From the NCBI RefSeq assembly GCF_009914755.1, contig NC_060933.1: a stretch of 64,000 nucleotides of DNA. One strand, 5' to 3'. Below the pieces are notes generated by a model. It ran no database searches. It was not told the origin of the DNA and saw only the letters and a program-made list of their open reading frames with translations. Position 1 is the first letter of the stretch, and each line of letters opens with the position of its first letter. This DNA is from the human T2T-CHM13v2.0 reference genome, Homo sapiens. Position numbers and translations under genes: made by a program. Shown here piece after piece: positions 27,051-40,137 of this stretch.

Positions 27051-27949
27051 ATGGTGAGAATCGTGCATTATTGCTTTGAGAAGTCCCACAACCAATATCA
27101 ATTTGGCAGATTCTCCCTTTACGCTGTCCCATTTTATAAGACTTTATGGCTTTAATTACGTTAGGGACAGAAGTGCAATAAAAGAGCAGTGTGAGTTTCT
27201 AAAAACACAGACTCCAGTCATTCCTGTGAGACCCTTGTCAGGATTTTGGAATAGAGAAAATGACTACTTTATGAAAAGTATTCGCTAAGGAGAGCCCATT
27301 TGTTGCTTTGATTATTATAACCAGCATTTACATTGTACCAAACAGTATCAAGGTGCTAAACCATAAAATGAGCAGTGCATAATATGTGTTTTGCCAGTAG
27401 TGCAGTCTCAAATAGCATATCTAATTCAGATTAAATTTTACCTGTTCTTTTATCCTAAATTTCTATCCACTCTAATCATTGGGGTATGAGATGCTGACGT
27501 TTCAGTCCATAGGATTTTCATCAAAGGTAATGTTAGAATATCTTAATGTCCAGAATAAGGAAGCCAATTCCCTTTCCCTTTAAAGCCTCACTCCAGGACA
27601 ATTTAGGGAGAACGGACTCAGCTACACTCTGGCACAAAGAACTACTTCTCAGTGAAATGATGGTAAAATGAGAGGTTTGGACAAAAACATTTTATCTTTC
27701 TCCTGTGTGATGTTATTATTGCTGGGAAGCCACATTTGATCCAATCTTCTCTAACTCTGAAAAACACTCTGCCACAAAAACTGCATTATCTTCCTACCTG
27801 ACCTGAACTTTTTTAGAGCAGCATTCCTGTTCTAGGTATATTACTATTCCAGTTACAAATTAACTGCCCAATTTTCCTCATATGTAAATTATTTTGCATA
27901 TGGAAAATGGTTTCTGAAAGACCACTGGTATTTGCGGCAACTGGTTTCT

Positions 27950-28050
27950 GGATTAGGAGTTCTTTGTGAGTGGGGGCTATGTCTTGTGTTACTGTATCTT
28001 CAGCTCCTAGCACAACACTTGGAACAGAGTAAGAGCTCAACAAATAATGG
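27950..28050 (+). mobile_element. L2 3' terminus
   Basis: ACTGTATCTTCAGCTCCTAGCACAACACTTGGAACAGAGTAAGAGCTCAACAAAT. Confidence 0.75.
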
Positions 28051-28467
28051 AGGAACAAGTGGACTCCAAATGAAGCATCATATAGAAAGAGGAGACCCTC
28101 ATTGCTCTCCCATTAGAGAGTGACACCACATAGGAAGATAAAATTCAATTTGCATTGAGTTTTCAGTATCTATTTCAGCCACAGACCAAGATCACAAGAA
28201 GACAGCACATGTACAAAGATACCTGATACCAAAAGCTCAAGAGTAAAGCCTGGGTTAAAGATGAAGCAAAGGTTGACAAGGCATTCAAAACTAAGCTTGA
28301 TTGTTGTGACAATATAGTAATAATGAAGGAGGAGCAACTTAACTGCTGACAACTGGGAAATGTTTCAGTGGATCTGAGCACATCAATGAAATAAAATAGT
28401 ATACATCCATGGGAAATGTTAGCTTCAAAGAGTCTTTAATGGCATGATGTATCAAATACCTCGTGGA

Positions 28468-28953
28468 GCATTGCAGATGCTATTGACCTATTAACCTTGC
28501 CTTTCGGTTGGTCTAGCTGTGCTGCTGACTGAGTCACATAAGTTTAAGCTGACAGAGCCAATACAGAGCTTCTTCCTTCTGCCCAAGCCTTCACTGTTGA
28601 CATTGAGATGTGGCTCACCACTGACACACATGCAGAGAAGTTAATAACCTGCACCGCAAACTACAGACCTGTGGGAAAGAGTAGCTGGTGAATAAATTCT
28701 TTCCTTTTCCCCCCATGATTGACAATCCTATGATATAGACTGTAAGCCTTCTTAGAGAATGTTTCCATGAAACTGAGCTCTCAGTTGTGCTTAGCAGCAG
28801 TTAAATTGAAAATATTTATATTAGTTTTCCCTCCTTCGCTGTTTCATTCACCCTTTTTCTTATTCCTACTCCCTGAAATTGCACTCCCTAATGAAATAAT
28901 AGCACGTACGGCTTTGCCTCAAATTCTTCTTTCTGCAGAAACTAGGTAAAACA
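28468..28953 (+). mobile_element. LTR16-like ERVL 5' LTR
   Basis: Start TTGCAGATGCT; end TATTAGTTTTCCCTCCTTC...GCACTCCCTAATGAAATAATAGCAC...TCTTTCTGCAGAAACTAGGTAAAACA. Confidence 0.7.
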
Positions 28954-30240
28954 TTTAGACTGATCCTAGAAAGAAGACGTTCAGGCCAGGATTTGGGGAC
29001 TGAAATATCCAGTTTTTGAACGGCACCAAGCACTTTGGTCACTCACTAGAGTTATATTACTCTCCTGCTACCTACTATATTACTTGTGGAGTCTTAGATA
29101 ATCTTTAATGGAACATCAAACTGGCACATTAACTTGATGATATCCTACTTATTTGAGTTGGTGAGCAGGAATGACAAATACATGATATGCTTTAGTAAGA
29201 TATATGTATGTTAGAGGATTACAAATAGACTCCATGAATCCTCAGGAGTCTGCCACATTTGTAAAGCTTTTCTGGGTCCAGTGGCCCAGGGTCTATTGAG
29301 TAAAGAATGTGGTTGCACCTTAAATCTCATACCAAGAAGAAAAAGACAAAGCAGTTACATACTGTTTAAATTTAGGAGGCCACATATATTACTTGTGCTG
29401 AAACCCATTTATTTGGAGACTTAAAAGACTACTAATTTTGAATGGTAGTCTGAGTAAAAGAGAAATCTATAGCAAGTCCAGACTGCTGTAGGGAATGTTG
29501 GTCTTGCCATTTGAACCATAGACTGGTTAATAAAGTGGATGTCGATGGTGAATAAGTGTGCTGTGTGGAGTCTCTGTCAAACCCTAATGAAAGATGCACA
29601 GTGTAGACCCCTAGGATTTTGGAACAAAACCTTCTTGACAAAATGTACTCTCTGCTTCATAGTTCCTAAGTACCTGGACATTCATAGAGTCTAAATGAGT
29701 AATTGTGGTTTACAAAGTGACTATGCAACTGAAACTGCCCATCATAAACTAAGATTTATCAGATCTGGGTCAAAGTACAGGGTATGTTGCACTATGAACA
29801 GGTTTTAGGTTCTATGATACAAATTGTATTTTGGGGATCGGGCCTGAGCAGTTTCAGAGAGCATAAGTAACAGGTGATTGGATTCTTGTATCAATTACCC
29901 TTATCACACTGACAACTTGACTTCAACTGACACTGGTGGCCATATGGGAATTTTGTTTTGTTTTGTATTGTATTGTTTCTGTAGATGGAAACTCAGTATG
30001 TCGCGTGGCTGGACTCAAACTCCTGGGTTCAAAAGATCCAATCACCTCAGCCTCCTAAGTAGCTGGGAACTACAGGTTAATGCTACCACACCTGACTTGG
30101 ATGGGCAATTTTTATAATTAACAGTATCAGAGAAGAAATGAACCTGAGTCTGGTTCATGGATGAATTGGCACAATATGTTAGTGCTGAAAATTAAATTGC
30201 TACCATGTTGAAACCTTGTGGAAGGTGGTGCTAAGAAACC
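28954..30240 (+). mobile_element. ERVL (ERV3-16A3-like) internal relic: leader plus RT/connection/RNase H fragments of pol
   Basis: Degenerate YIDD-type motif (~29125-47, TTGATGATATC), FLGVQW-like TTTCTGGGTCCAGTGG, RPLGFWNK (29605-28), VTMQLKLPIIN (29717-49), WFMDELAQY (30151-77). Confidence 0.8.
29950..30098 (-). mobile_element. FLAM_A-like Alu monomer inside the ERVL relic
   Basis: T-rich tail, CTCAAACTCCTGGGTTCAA...CTCAGCCTCCTAAGTAGCTGGGA; TSD ATGGG(C)AATTTT. Confidence 0.85.
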
Positions 30241-30449
30241 ATGCTGAGCTGTGAGCCATCAGGTTTTAGATGAGCCGGTGTGTATGTGAAGGGAGAAGTG
30301 GTTGGAGGCCGAACTAGAAGCAAAGACTTCCAGGCAGTGACAAAGGTTTTGGATTGTTGGTAAAGGGCCAGGAAGGAAAAAATATTGAGAAATTGATACA
30401 AGAAAATATGAGAATACCAGGAGCTCTGAGTTGTGCAAAATGTTTACTA

Positions 30450-30965
30450 TATTACACCCAAGAGGGACTTCAGGTTTTCTCAGCCCCAACTGCCTCTTGT
30501 TCCAGCTGCCACTGTGGTGCAGATGTGTGTGTTCCGACGAACCTTAGGTAGGTGCAAGCTGACAGTTTCGTGCCTATACTTGCCCCTTCCACCTCCTATT
30601 TGGGACTTTCCTGTTGAAGCCAAGGCTTAAGATACAATCAGACCCCACTGTGCCCCATTTTGTCCTAAGCACACACAATGCAGAAATGTGGGAGAATGTA
30701 TATCCTGTGGTGAACTGGCGAGCAAAAGTGCAGCCACTGTATAAATGTTCTTCTTTTTTTCCCAGAGATGAAATGTGCTAATATAGGGGTTATGAAATTT
30801 CCTAGAGGATGGGCCCCAAGACCATGTAATCTTATTGTCAGCCAGCTTAATATCGTGTCTCTGTATTAGCGTTTTCCCTTCCTTGCTTTTATTTCCTTTG
30901 CCCCCTAGATTATAATACAAGCTAAAGTCCCAGGCTCTTCTTTCTGAAAAACCTATGGTAAGGCA
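30450..30965 (+). mobile_element. LTR16-like ERVL 3' LTR
   Basis: Shares AAGCTGACAG, TATTAG(CG)TTTTCCCT and terminal TCTTCTTTCTG...GGTAA..CA with 28468-28953. Confidence 0.6.
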
Positions 30966-32478
30966 CATGGGAAAATCATCATGGTATAAAGTTATGTGAA
31001 AAAAAACAAGATACGAAATTCTATATTAGAATGATTCCAGTTTTATATAATTGATGTCTAGAAAGAAGTATTAAGAATAATATATTGAAAGTTAGAGCAT
31101 TGACAAGTATTACTACAGGGAAGCAGGACTAAAAATATTTACTTATTTATTTATTTTTACATTCTCTGGTTCCCAAATTTCTTACAGTGAACATGCGTGC
31201 TTTCAAAACCTGAAAAAAATTTCTATGGGAGAAACTGTCAGTAGATTTCTGCAACAAAAAGGGCATAGTCATGGTAAGGTACACAGCAAACCAAATGTCA
31301 TGGGAAACAAGTATGGAAATCAAAACCAAGAAAATCCAAGGTCAAAATGTCAGAAGCTAACCAAGGGATAAGGCTAAGGGATAAGAGAAGATAAGGAGTT
31401 TGGTCCTGTATAGTTTACAGTGGCTGTCTTATTTGGAGGACTGGGTCCCTTCTGATATATTGCCTGTTGCATGAAACCTACCATCTGGGTGAACACCTAA
31501 CAGAGGTATGGTATGATAAATATATGTTCTAATTAAAAATTAGACAGTACCTGTGACTGTAAGTGGAGGACAATCATGTAGGCTATGGAACAGAATATTT
31601 AAAATCTGAAAAAGTCTCAGAAAGTATAGACTACAGAAGAAACTAATTTTATTAAGGGAAATTATAGGTATAATTAGATGAAACATAGTATTACAGTAAT
31701 ATCTGTTACAGGACCACAACTTAGGAAGGCAAATGCATTTAAAAAAAAAGTTCAAGATTTGGGGATACAAGGAACTAGGACATGGGTAAAACTGTTCTTG
31801 TTGGGCATAAGAACAAGGAACTTGCTTGTTGCTTAGAGAAGGGGGTGGGTTGTGAGGGGTTAGGTGGCAGAGATAAGATGAGAATGAGTGAGGGGGCAGA
31901 TGGATGAAGGCAGGAAGTATTAAATGATTCTTTCTTTTAATCTACAAGTCTTCGATCAAGTTTTCAGAACCCTGTAATTCTCTGTGGGACTTTTAGAACA
32001 ATGAAAAAGAGCTGGGTTAAGGAACCAGCTGAGTTTGTTGCAAAGCACTGAAAGATGCAGGAATGCAGAAGGAGAGAGAGTAGAGATTTGCAAAGATGAA
32101 AGAGGGCCTGTGGGCTGTCACAGGAGGTAGGGCTGGGGCTAGAGACAAGCATACCAAGATCTCTGGGTCTATTAACTTCATGGGGGATGGGGGCTGGTTG
32201 CAGAACTCATGACAGGAAGGTCATGCAAAGCCAATGTAAGTTTGGGATACGCAGGGGTCAGGACGAGGAAAATCAGCCTGCGTTAATAGTCAGGAAACAA
32301 CATAAGAAAACTAGGTCTCAGAAAAGATGCTGCCTTATGAGAAATAAGGTTACTTATTTCTCATCTAAGGTTACTTATTTCTCCTCATGTTTCCTGTCAC
32401 CCCCTGCCAGATTTGTAAAGTAGAGCCAAAAATGTACAGCAGCCATCTCAGAAGAATTTCCTACCACAATTTATTTTA

Positions 32479-32829
<351 letters not shown>

Positions 32830-33098
32830 TTAAGCAAGTCATTATAACTTGGAAGTTTATTAAAATTTATCAAATTTAAATAATAAACACTAGGTGAAAG
32901 AGATGATAATTTTACCCACAAAATCAGATAAGACCACAGAATCTTTATATTTCTACTTTTTACATTCCGTCAGTGATGTCAATTTGACTAATCCAAAAGA
33001 TGAAATAATTCTAGAGGAAGAAAAGAGACATGGTGATGTTTGTTAGACACACAGCTAATAGGGATAAGGAGAAAGGGACTGAGAAAAATAAGAAGCAT

Positions 33099-33402
33099 GG
33101 CCAAGCACGGTGACTCATGCCTGTAATCTCAGCACTTAGGGAGACCAAGGTGGGTGGATCATTTAAGATTAGGAGTTCGAGACCAGCCTGGCCAACATGG
33201 TGAAACCTTGTCTCTGCTAAAAATACAAAAATTAGCCGGGCGTGGTAATGCACAGCTATAGTCCCAGCTACTTGGGAGGCTAATGTGGGAGAATTGCTTG
33301 AACCTGGGAGGTGGCAGTTTCAGTGAACCGAGATCGTGCCACTGCACTCCATCCAGCCTGGGCGACAGAGCAAGACTCCATCTCAAAAAAAAAAAAAAAA
33401 AA
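33099..33402 (+). mobile_element. AluS
   Basis: Full dimer plus ~18-nt poly(A). Confidence 0.93.
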
Positions 33403-33427
33403 GACACCAGATCAAATTAAAGAGGAG

Positions 33428-33604
33428 CAGGGCCAGCTTCCCAGATATGTGACAGGTCCAGTCGTACAGGGCCCCACACTTAGAAAGATTCCAGGTTTGG
33501 CTATAGGCCCTACTATCAGGGTCTTGAAACTCTTAGTAATTTGTTAATAAGGGGTCTCCACTTTCATTTTCCACTGGGCCCCACAAGTTATATAGTCAGT
33601 CCCA
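33428..33604 (+). mobile_element. MER91A (hAT-Tip100 MITE)
   Basis: CAGGGCCAGCTTC...CAGGGCCCCACACTTAGAA...TTTCATTTTCCACTGGGCCCCACAAGTTAT. Confidence 0.82.
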
Positions 33605-34139
33605 AGGCTCAGTTCAAATGGAAAGGAACAAATTTTTTTTAAATTTCTGTTAAAATTAAAGAAATTGGAAGTCATATGAGCATTACACAGCAGTTGCTTG
33701 ATGAATATGTGAAATATTCAGTTGAAAGGGATGGGTAGAAACTAGGCAGTACAGATTATTAGACCCTGTTTCATTGTCATTAACCTCATGCAAAGTGGGG
33801 CCTCTTTGTGGCATCCCCTTGAGTTCTCTAGGCCCTATGGCATGGAGAAAAGCTAAACAAATATGCAAGTTTGATAAGGGGAATAAACGTCAACACTCAC
33901 ATTGGAAAAGTACACAAGAATGTGCAGGCATCGAGAGGTGATGCTTTGACCCAAATGATGAGGCCTGGGACACCTATAGGACACTGGAATCCGCCACTTG
34001 GAGGAGAATAGGAGAGGGAGGAACCACACAATAAATTGAAGTGCCTTTACACCCTGTAATACTAATAAATTAAAATGCCAAAAATCCAACCTGAAATAAA
34101 TCTACCTCATGCAAATTTTCCTTGAAAATGTGATTATGT

Positions 34140-34770
<631 letters not shown>

Positions 34771-34804
34771 ATAGTGTTATGGAAAATTACATGAGGTCTA
34801 CAGT

Positions 34805-34923
34805 CCCCAGGGCAGAGAATTTTGCTTTTCTTTTGTTCTCCACTGTGCCCTACCATCTAAGACAGTGCTGGGCACACAGTAGATGCTCAATAAGTATTTA
34901 TTGGATGAATGAATTAATGAATC
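34805..34923 (+). mobile_element. L2a 3' terminus
   Basis: CAGTGCTGGGCACACAGTAGATGCTCAATAAGTATTT...GATGAATGAATTAATGAAT. Confidence 0.85.
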
Positions 34924-36124
34924 ATATGTTCTAGGAAAGCACTAAAGTTTGAAAAACTCTAAACCAAAGGGGTCATGATAGAAACAACCCTACAAGGAGT
35001 AAACAGACTGTAGGAAATAACAAGTAGAAGTGAAAATAAATTCAGAAAATTGTGTAGAAGGCATCACTACTCAAGGTCTGAATCAGCTTGAATCATTCCT
35101 TTTCGGAATCTCAATCCTGAGTCCAGGAGGATGGCAATCCTCCGGCCATACATAAAGGAAGTCTACGGTTTAAAAAGTTGCATAACCTACACATATTTTA
35201 TGCAACTCTAAGTAATGAAAAACCCTTTATAGAAACCCGCTCAACTTTAGTAATTCCATCTACCTTTGAGTAAACTTTATCATGCATTGCCTATGAGTAG
35301 TTAAGGCTTAGATAGAAATGCTTCTCTTTCATTTTTGTTTTTTTTTGTTTTTCGGTCTAAGATAGGCTGACCACTGATCAAGATGAGGGTTTTTATTGCC
35401 TAATTCTTAAATCAGTTTACTGGATTGTTTGACTTGGCCAGAAATATAAAGCTTAACACAGACTCACTGTGGTGTGTGATTCAGGACTTGCCTCCCTTTT
35501 CTTTTCTATGATTCCATTGTCTCTACCACAGAGTTGCCACACCCAAAGAGTCAATTTCCTGCAAGAGTGACTTCAGTCCTTGCAGTAGAAAGAAAAAGAA
35601 AATTGGAACCTTACTTAAATTATTGTTTGCTCTTTCAGACTTTATAATCACCTAAAAGAGAACTTTCTCTTTTCACTGGCTAATCTTTCTGTCTCTACAT
35701 GAACACAGTATAATTGAAAATATTTGTTAATTAGTATGCTTTGCTTTTCACATGTAATAAATCACAAAAACCAGTAGGATCTATTTAAAAATCACAATAT
35801 CTTTTAATCATTTCCTTGATGAAGCCCATTATATGTATAATGAATAGAGCAAAAGCTCTTAAAGGCAATAATTATGTCTTACACAGTTTTTAACTATTTT
35901 AAATTCATTTCAATATGCCTAGTACACATCTATTTCCTATTTACAGCCCATTTTCTCATTAAACTATTATTAAAATATATTTTTATTTATCATTTATGTT
36001 GTACCAGACTTGAACAATCACATTTACATTACCATTATCTCATTGATTAAAGAAGTCAATACATATAAAGTTTTAAAAACAGTGCTGGGCACAGAGTAAG
36101 CACTGAATAAATGTTGGCTACTGT

Positions 36125-36250
36125 TTTCTCATTTAATCTTGACACCTCTAACAGTATCTGACAAGGTAGGTCTTATTATCCCATACCACACATGAGGATA
36201 CAGTGCTTGGTGAGATAAAGTATCAGGTGACTTGCCCACAGTGATCCAGG
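36125..36250 (-). mobile_element. MIR
   Basis: CTCATTTAATCTT...AGGTAGGTCTTATTATCCCCAT...GTGACTTGCCCA. Confidence 0.75.
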
Positions 36251-36900
36251 TTCATACCCTCTCATGCAACCACTTCTCATTGTACATGATTTTAGAATAT
36301 TCTTGGAATACACAAAAACCTGAACCTAGTTCAGAATTGTGGCATAATGTAGAGTCCATGTGGGTAGAAGACTATTGATTCTTTTTCTGTGGAGAAGTGA
36401 ACTAGACCAGCAGAGTAAGGAGCATGGGATGCAAAGGCTGCTGTAAAGGCAAAGAAGAATCCAGCCTTTTGTGTATGTGGCCTGTCCCACAGCATAAACC
36501 ACCTGAGAGGGCTTATTCCTCCAGCACATGTACATTGCGCTGGCTCTGTACAAGGAGCTGTATTGGCACTGGGCAATCAGGCAACAGCAAGTAAGTCAGA
36601 AGCAATAACTATGCTCCTGAAGCTAACAGACTAATAGTAAAATATTATCCAAGACAAACAGATAAAATAACTGCAAAGTGTGATAAATACTATGAAGAAA
36701 GCAAACAGGATTCTGGGATAGAGACTTGGTTACAACTTTAGCTGTTCAGGAAGCAGTCTTTGTAGTTTTCCTATTTTCAAATTAACTATTAAAATATAAT
36801 CAATGATACTCACAGCCACTAAACATACATCATAAATAAGTGGAGATTGTCCCTTGAGTTCAAAAATATTTTAAAATTATTATTAAAAATCCATTAATTC

Positions 36901-37098
36901 TGCCCAGGTGCAGTGGCTCACACATGTACTCCCAGCACTTTGGGAGGCTGAGGTGGGTGGATCACTTGAACTCAGGAGTTACAGACCAGCCTGGCCAACA
37001 TGGTGAAACCCTGTCTCCACTAAAAATACAAAAATTAGCTGGGTGTGGTGGTGCACACCTGTAATCCCAGCTACTCAGGAGGCTGGGTCAGGAGAATC
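36901..37098 (+). mobile_element. AluS truncated at its 3' end (no tail)
   Basis: Left arm, linker and right arm up to CAGGAGAATC, then L1 sequence. Confidence 0.9.
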
Positions 37099-37243
37099 TG
37101 AATGATTAAAAACCAAAAACCATATAATCTTAATGGAGTCAGAAAAAAATCCATAAAATGTGACATCTCTACATGACAAAAACTCAGCAATATTTTAACA
37201 AGTTCTCTTAACCAAAGGATATTCACAGAACTATCTAGAATAG

Positions 37244-37435
37244 CAGTCCTCCCACTTTAATTTGCATGAGAATCACCTGGAGGGTTTATTGAAACACTGA
37301 TTGCTGGGACCCTCCTCTTTTCCCCAGAGTTTCTAATTCAGTAGGTCTGGGGTGATGCTCAAGCCTTTCCATTACTAACAAATTCCCAGGTGATACTGAT
37401 ACTGCTGGTCCAGAGCAATTCTTTGCGAACTATTG
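37244..37435. mobile_element. MER5A (hAT-Charlie MITE)
   Basis: GAATCACCTGGAGGG...CCCAGAGTTTCTAATTCAGTAGGTCTGGGGTG...TTCCCAGGTGATACTGATACTGCTGGTCC. Confidence 0.9.
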
Positions 37436-39629
37436 ACTCAAACTCTTAATTGTAAAGTATTAATATGCAAGAATTTATGTTGAGGTCAGGATCAAAATAA
37501 GAATTTCCACTTCTATTTTATCACTCCTAGACCCCTAGACCCTATATCAATGAAGATAAATGTAAGAATGTTCAATATAGTAATGACAGCAATAGCAAAC
37601 AAAATGAAATAATTTGTTTCCTTCAAAGAGGTATGGATAAGTTGTGGAAAAATTATATCATGAACAATCTACAACTATCCACTAAATATCTGTACTAACA
37701 TAGACATATGTTGTTAAGTGGAAAATATCAAACTGCAAAATGAGGACATTTGTGAAGGTTTTGAAAACCTATAAATTAAGGCAACATAGTTAATACAACA
37801 CATTTAAGGTAACAAAGCTATGGCGATCGGGGCTAGAAGGCTACCCATTAACTTTGGAATAGTGGTACCATTCAGGAGATGAGAGGGGAAACAGAGCTCC
37901 CTTCTGAAATCCCAGTACAGCTCCTTACAAAGTTTGCATATTCAACCAGTTCACCATGAATGCATGTCAGTGAAGGCTCATGCAGATAAATAAATAATGT
38001 TTTCTCCTTTATGATGATGGTGATTTGACAAACTTTTTGAAAGATCTCAACTGTTTTCTCTGAAAAGTTTCTTTGGGAAAATGTGATGAAGCAGAACCAT
38101 GCCATAACCACTAATGTTGGCAAGTTGCCTTGATTAAAATTGTTACCATATTGTGATAAACTTCTGGTAGTTGTGTTCATCCAATTGCAAGAAAATGTTA
38201 TTCCCTTAAAGGAAATATTTGGTTTCACCAGCCTATAAACCTGTATTAGTTATTCTAAGTCACTGGTTCAAACTGAAACCTAGTACCTGGTTCATAATAA
38301 TCAACTGCAGATAAATCAGTTGACTCACCATCATTTGGCTGTCCTCTGTAAGAGGCACCATTAATATTAAAATACTCAGTAGCACCTGCTTAACATGTTT
38401 TCCTTCATACGAGATTTCCAGTTTCTTTGTAAGTTTGCCAAGTGTTTTCAAATGAGCCCCCTGGGAAAATGACCTATCAGTAATTTTTTTTCTGCATTTT
38501 CTCAGGCTGATAGGAGAGCAGCTCTTTGATCATGTTGAGGGTTGCGCTTCTTAGCTTTCTAAGAACAGAGAAACCTTATGCTTGTGCAGCTAGGCAGAGC
38601 TTTGTGCCAGCCCTGGATATTTTTATGTCTTACATAAACCTAAAAGCTAAACCCATGGACCGCAGTTTGGAGGAATAGAGAGTGTCTCAATATTTTAACT
38701 AAAATTATGCTAAGCTCTTCTTTTCAATTTTATCTTTTGAAATGCCAGTAATTTGCTCTTTTTCATTATTTTTTCCTCAACTAAATCCTCTTCCTTTCCT
38801 ACCCAATTCCTCCTCTCACACCCTGTCTCAAACTAACAGAAAATGATTATAGTTCTTTCACAGATAAATATTTTGTTTCCATGATCTGTAATAACATCTG
38901 ATAATATATGAGTAATTATTTTCAATAAACTAAAATAAAAGTAATCTTTCTTTTTCTTTCTATCTTGAAGTAGTGGGAGGAAAAATACTATTTGGAAGCG
39001 TCATGCCCTAAAATAGTGGAAAGCTTTAGAGGGATGGGTTTCACATCAGGAAATCTAGGGAGGAAAAATCTCTTCCTCTGGGATGGTGTTAGGTTTCTTT
39101 TTCCAGAGAGGGCAAAAGTTCCACTAATTAAGATAAAAGCAAAACCCAGATGCCTGTAACAGCAGTAAAGTTCATTTCATTTTCTCTTAGGCCAGAAAAG
39201 AAATCTGCCAAATTAACTCTAAATTTTATTTGGTCAGATTTAATTTTCTGATTGAATTTCCCTCTCTTTTCAGTATCTTTGCATTTAGAAATAAAGCATG
39301 TTCAATTTGTAAAAAAATGTTTGTTTAATTGTTTGACTCTGGTTCTTCATAATTTCATTGTGAATTGGTTTCCCTACCTGCAAAGTGTGGCTGTTTTTAC
39401 CATAGAGACTGCTTATAAAGCTCATCTCCTGGGAGGACAAGAGCTGGTTTAGGAGTTTTAGGAGGTAACTGAAATGTGATCATCAGGATGAAAGGACAGT
39501 GAGCTCTGTGGGATTTGGGATAAGCAAGTATACTCACAAAAGCATTTTTATTTCTTAAAAAAAAATTATTAATGTGCCAGACAAACAACACATCTTTGAC
39601 AGCACCTGAATAATAGTTTGCAGCCCCCT

Positions 39630-39925
39630 TAGTAATAAAAGAATGAGCTCTGGTTTGAGACCACCTGAAAGCTGGAAATTAATTCAAAGTGCAGGTTTGA
39701 CCTAGTACTCAAGTAATTTAGGAAAGTTAGTTACATTCTTTAAGTCTCTATTTCCCCAGTTGATAACATTGTACCATAATGTTTCCACATTGAAGCACAA
39801 TTATAATAATAGCAAATCCCCCCTATGGTGCTTGTAAAATGAACAATATCATGCACACAAATATGCTTTACACAGAGTTTGGCATATCCTATTTCCTCGA
39901 TAAATGTTATTTGTTATCATCATCT
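39630..39925 (+). mobile_element. MIR
   Basis: TTAGGAAAGTTAGTTACATTCTTTAAGTCTCTATTTCCCCAGTTG and tail ATAAATGTTATTTGTTATCATCAT. Confidence 0.6.
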
Positions 39926-40137
39926 CATGAGAACTTTTTTGTACACAACAATGTCCTATACAGAGTTAAAGAGTGTTTGGTTTGTTTTACTATATTTAGC
40001 TGCATAATATTTAAATAATAAATTACAAATAGCAAATCAAATAAAAAGTTTAGATAAGTCAATCACTTCCAGAGTGGAGTTGGAGAGACAGTATTTTAAC
40101 TGTAATAATTTTACATGCAGATAAATGTTGATTGCAA

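Larger units (their letters stand above)
36790..37820 (+). mobile_element. Old L1M ORF2/3' remnants hosting an Alu and MER5A
   Basis: AAAAACCATATAATCTTAATGGAGTCAGAAAAA, GTCAGGATCAAAATAAGAAT, GTAAGAATGTTCAAT. Confidence 0.6.

Noticed and set aside
26815-27132. Hydrophobic L/F/S/P-rich ORF resembling a membrane protein
   Set aside because: Artefact of translating the complement of a GA-rich low-complexity tract.
37872-38451. Two adjacent minus-strand ORFs (118 aa and 63 aa) as a gene or processed pseudogene
   Set aside because: No recognisable protein family, non-ATG starts, no poly(A)/TSD or convincing splice structure; could be unique non-coding DNA but I cannot support more.
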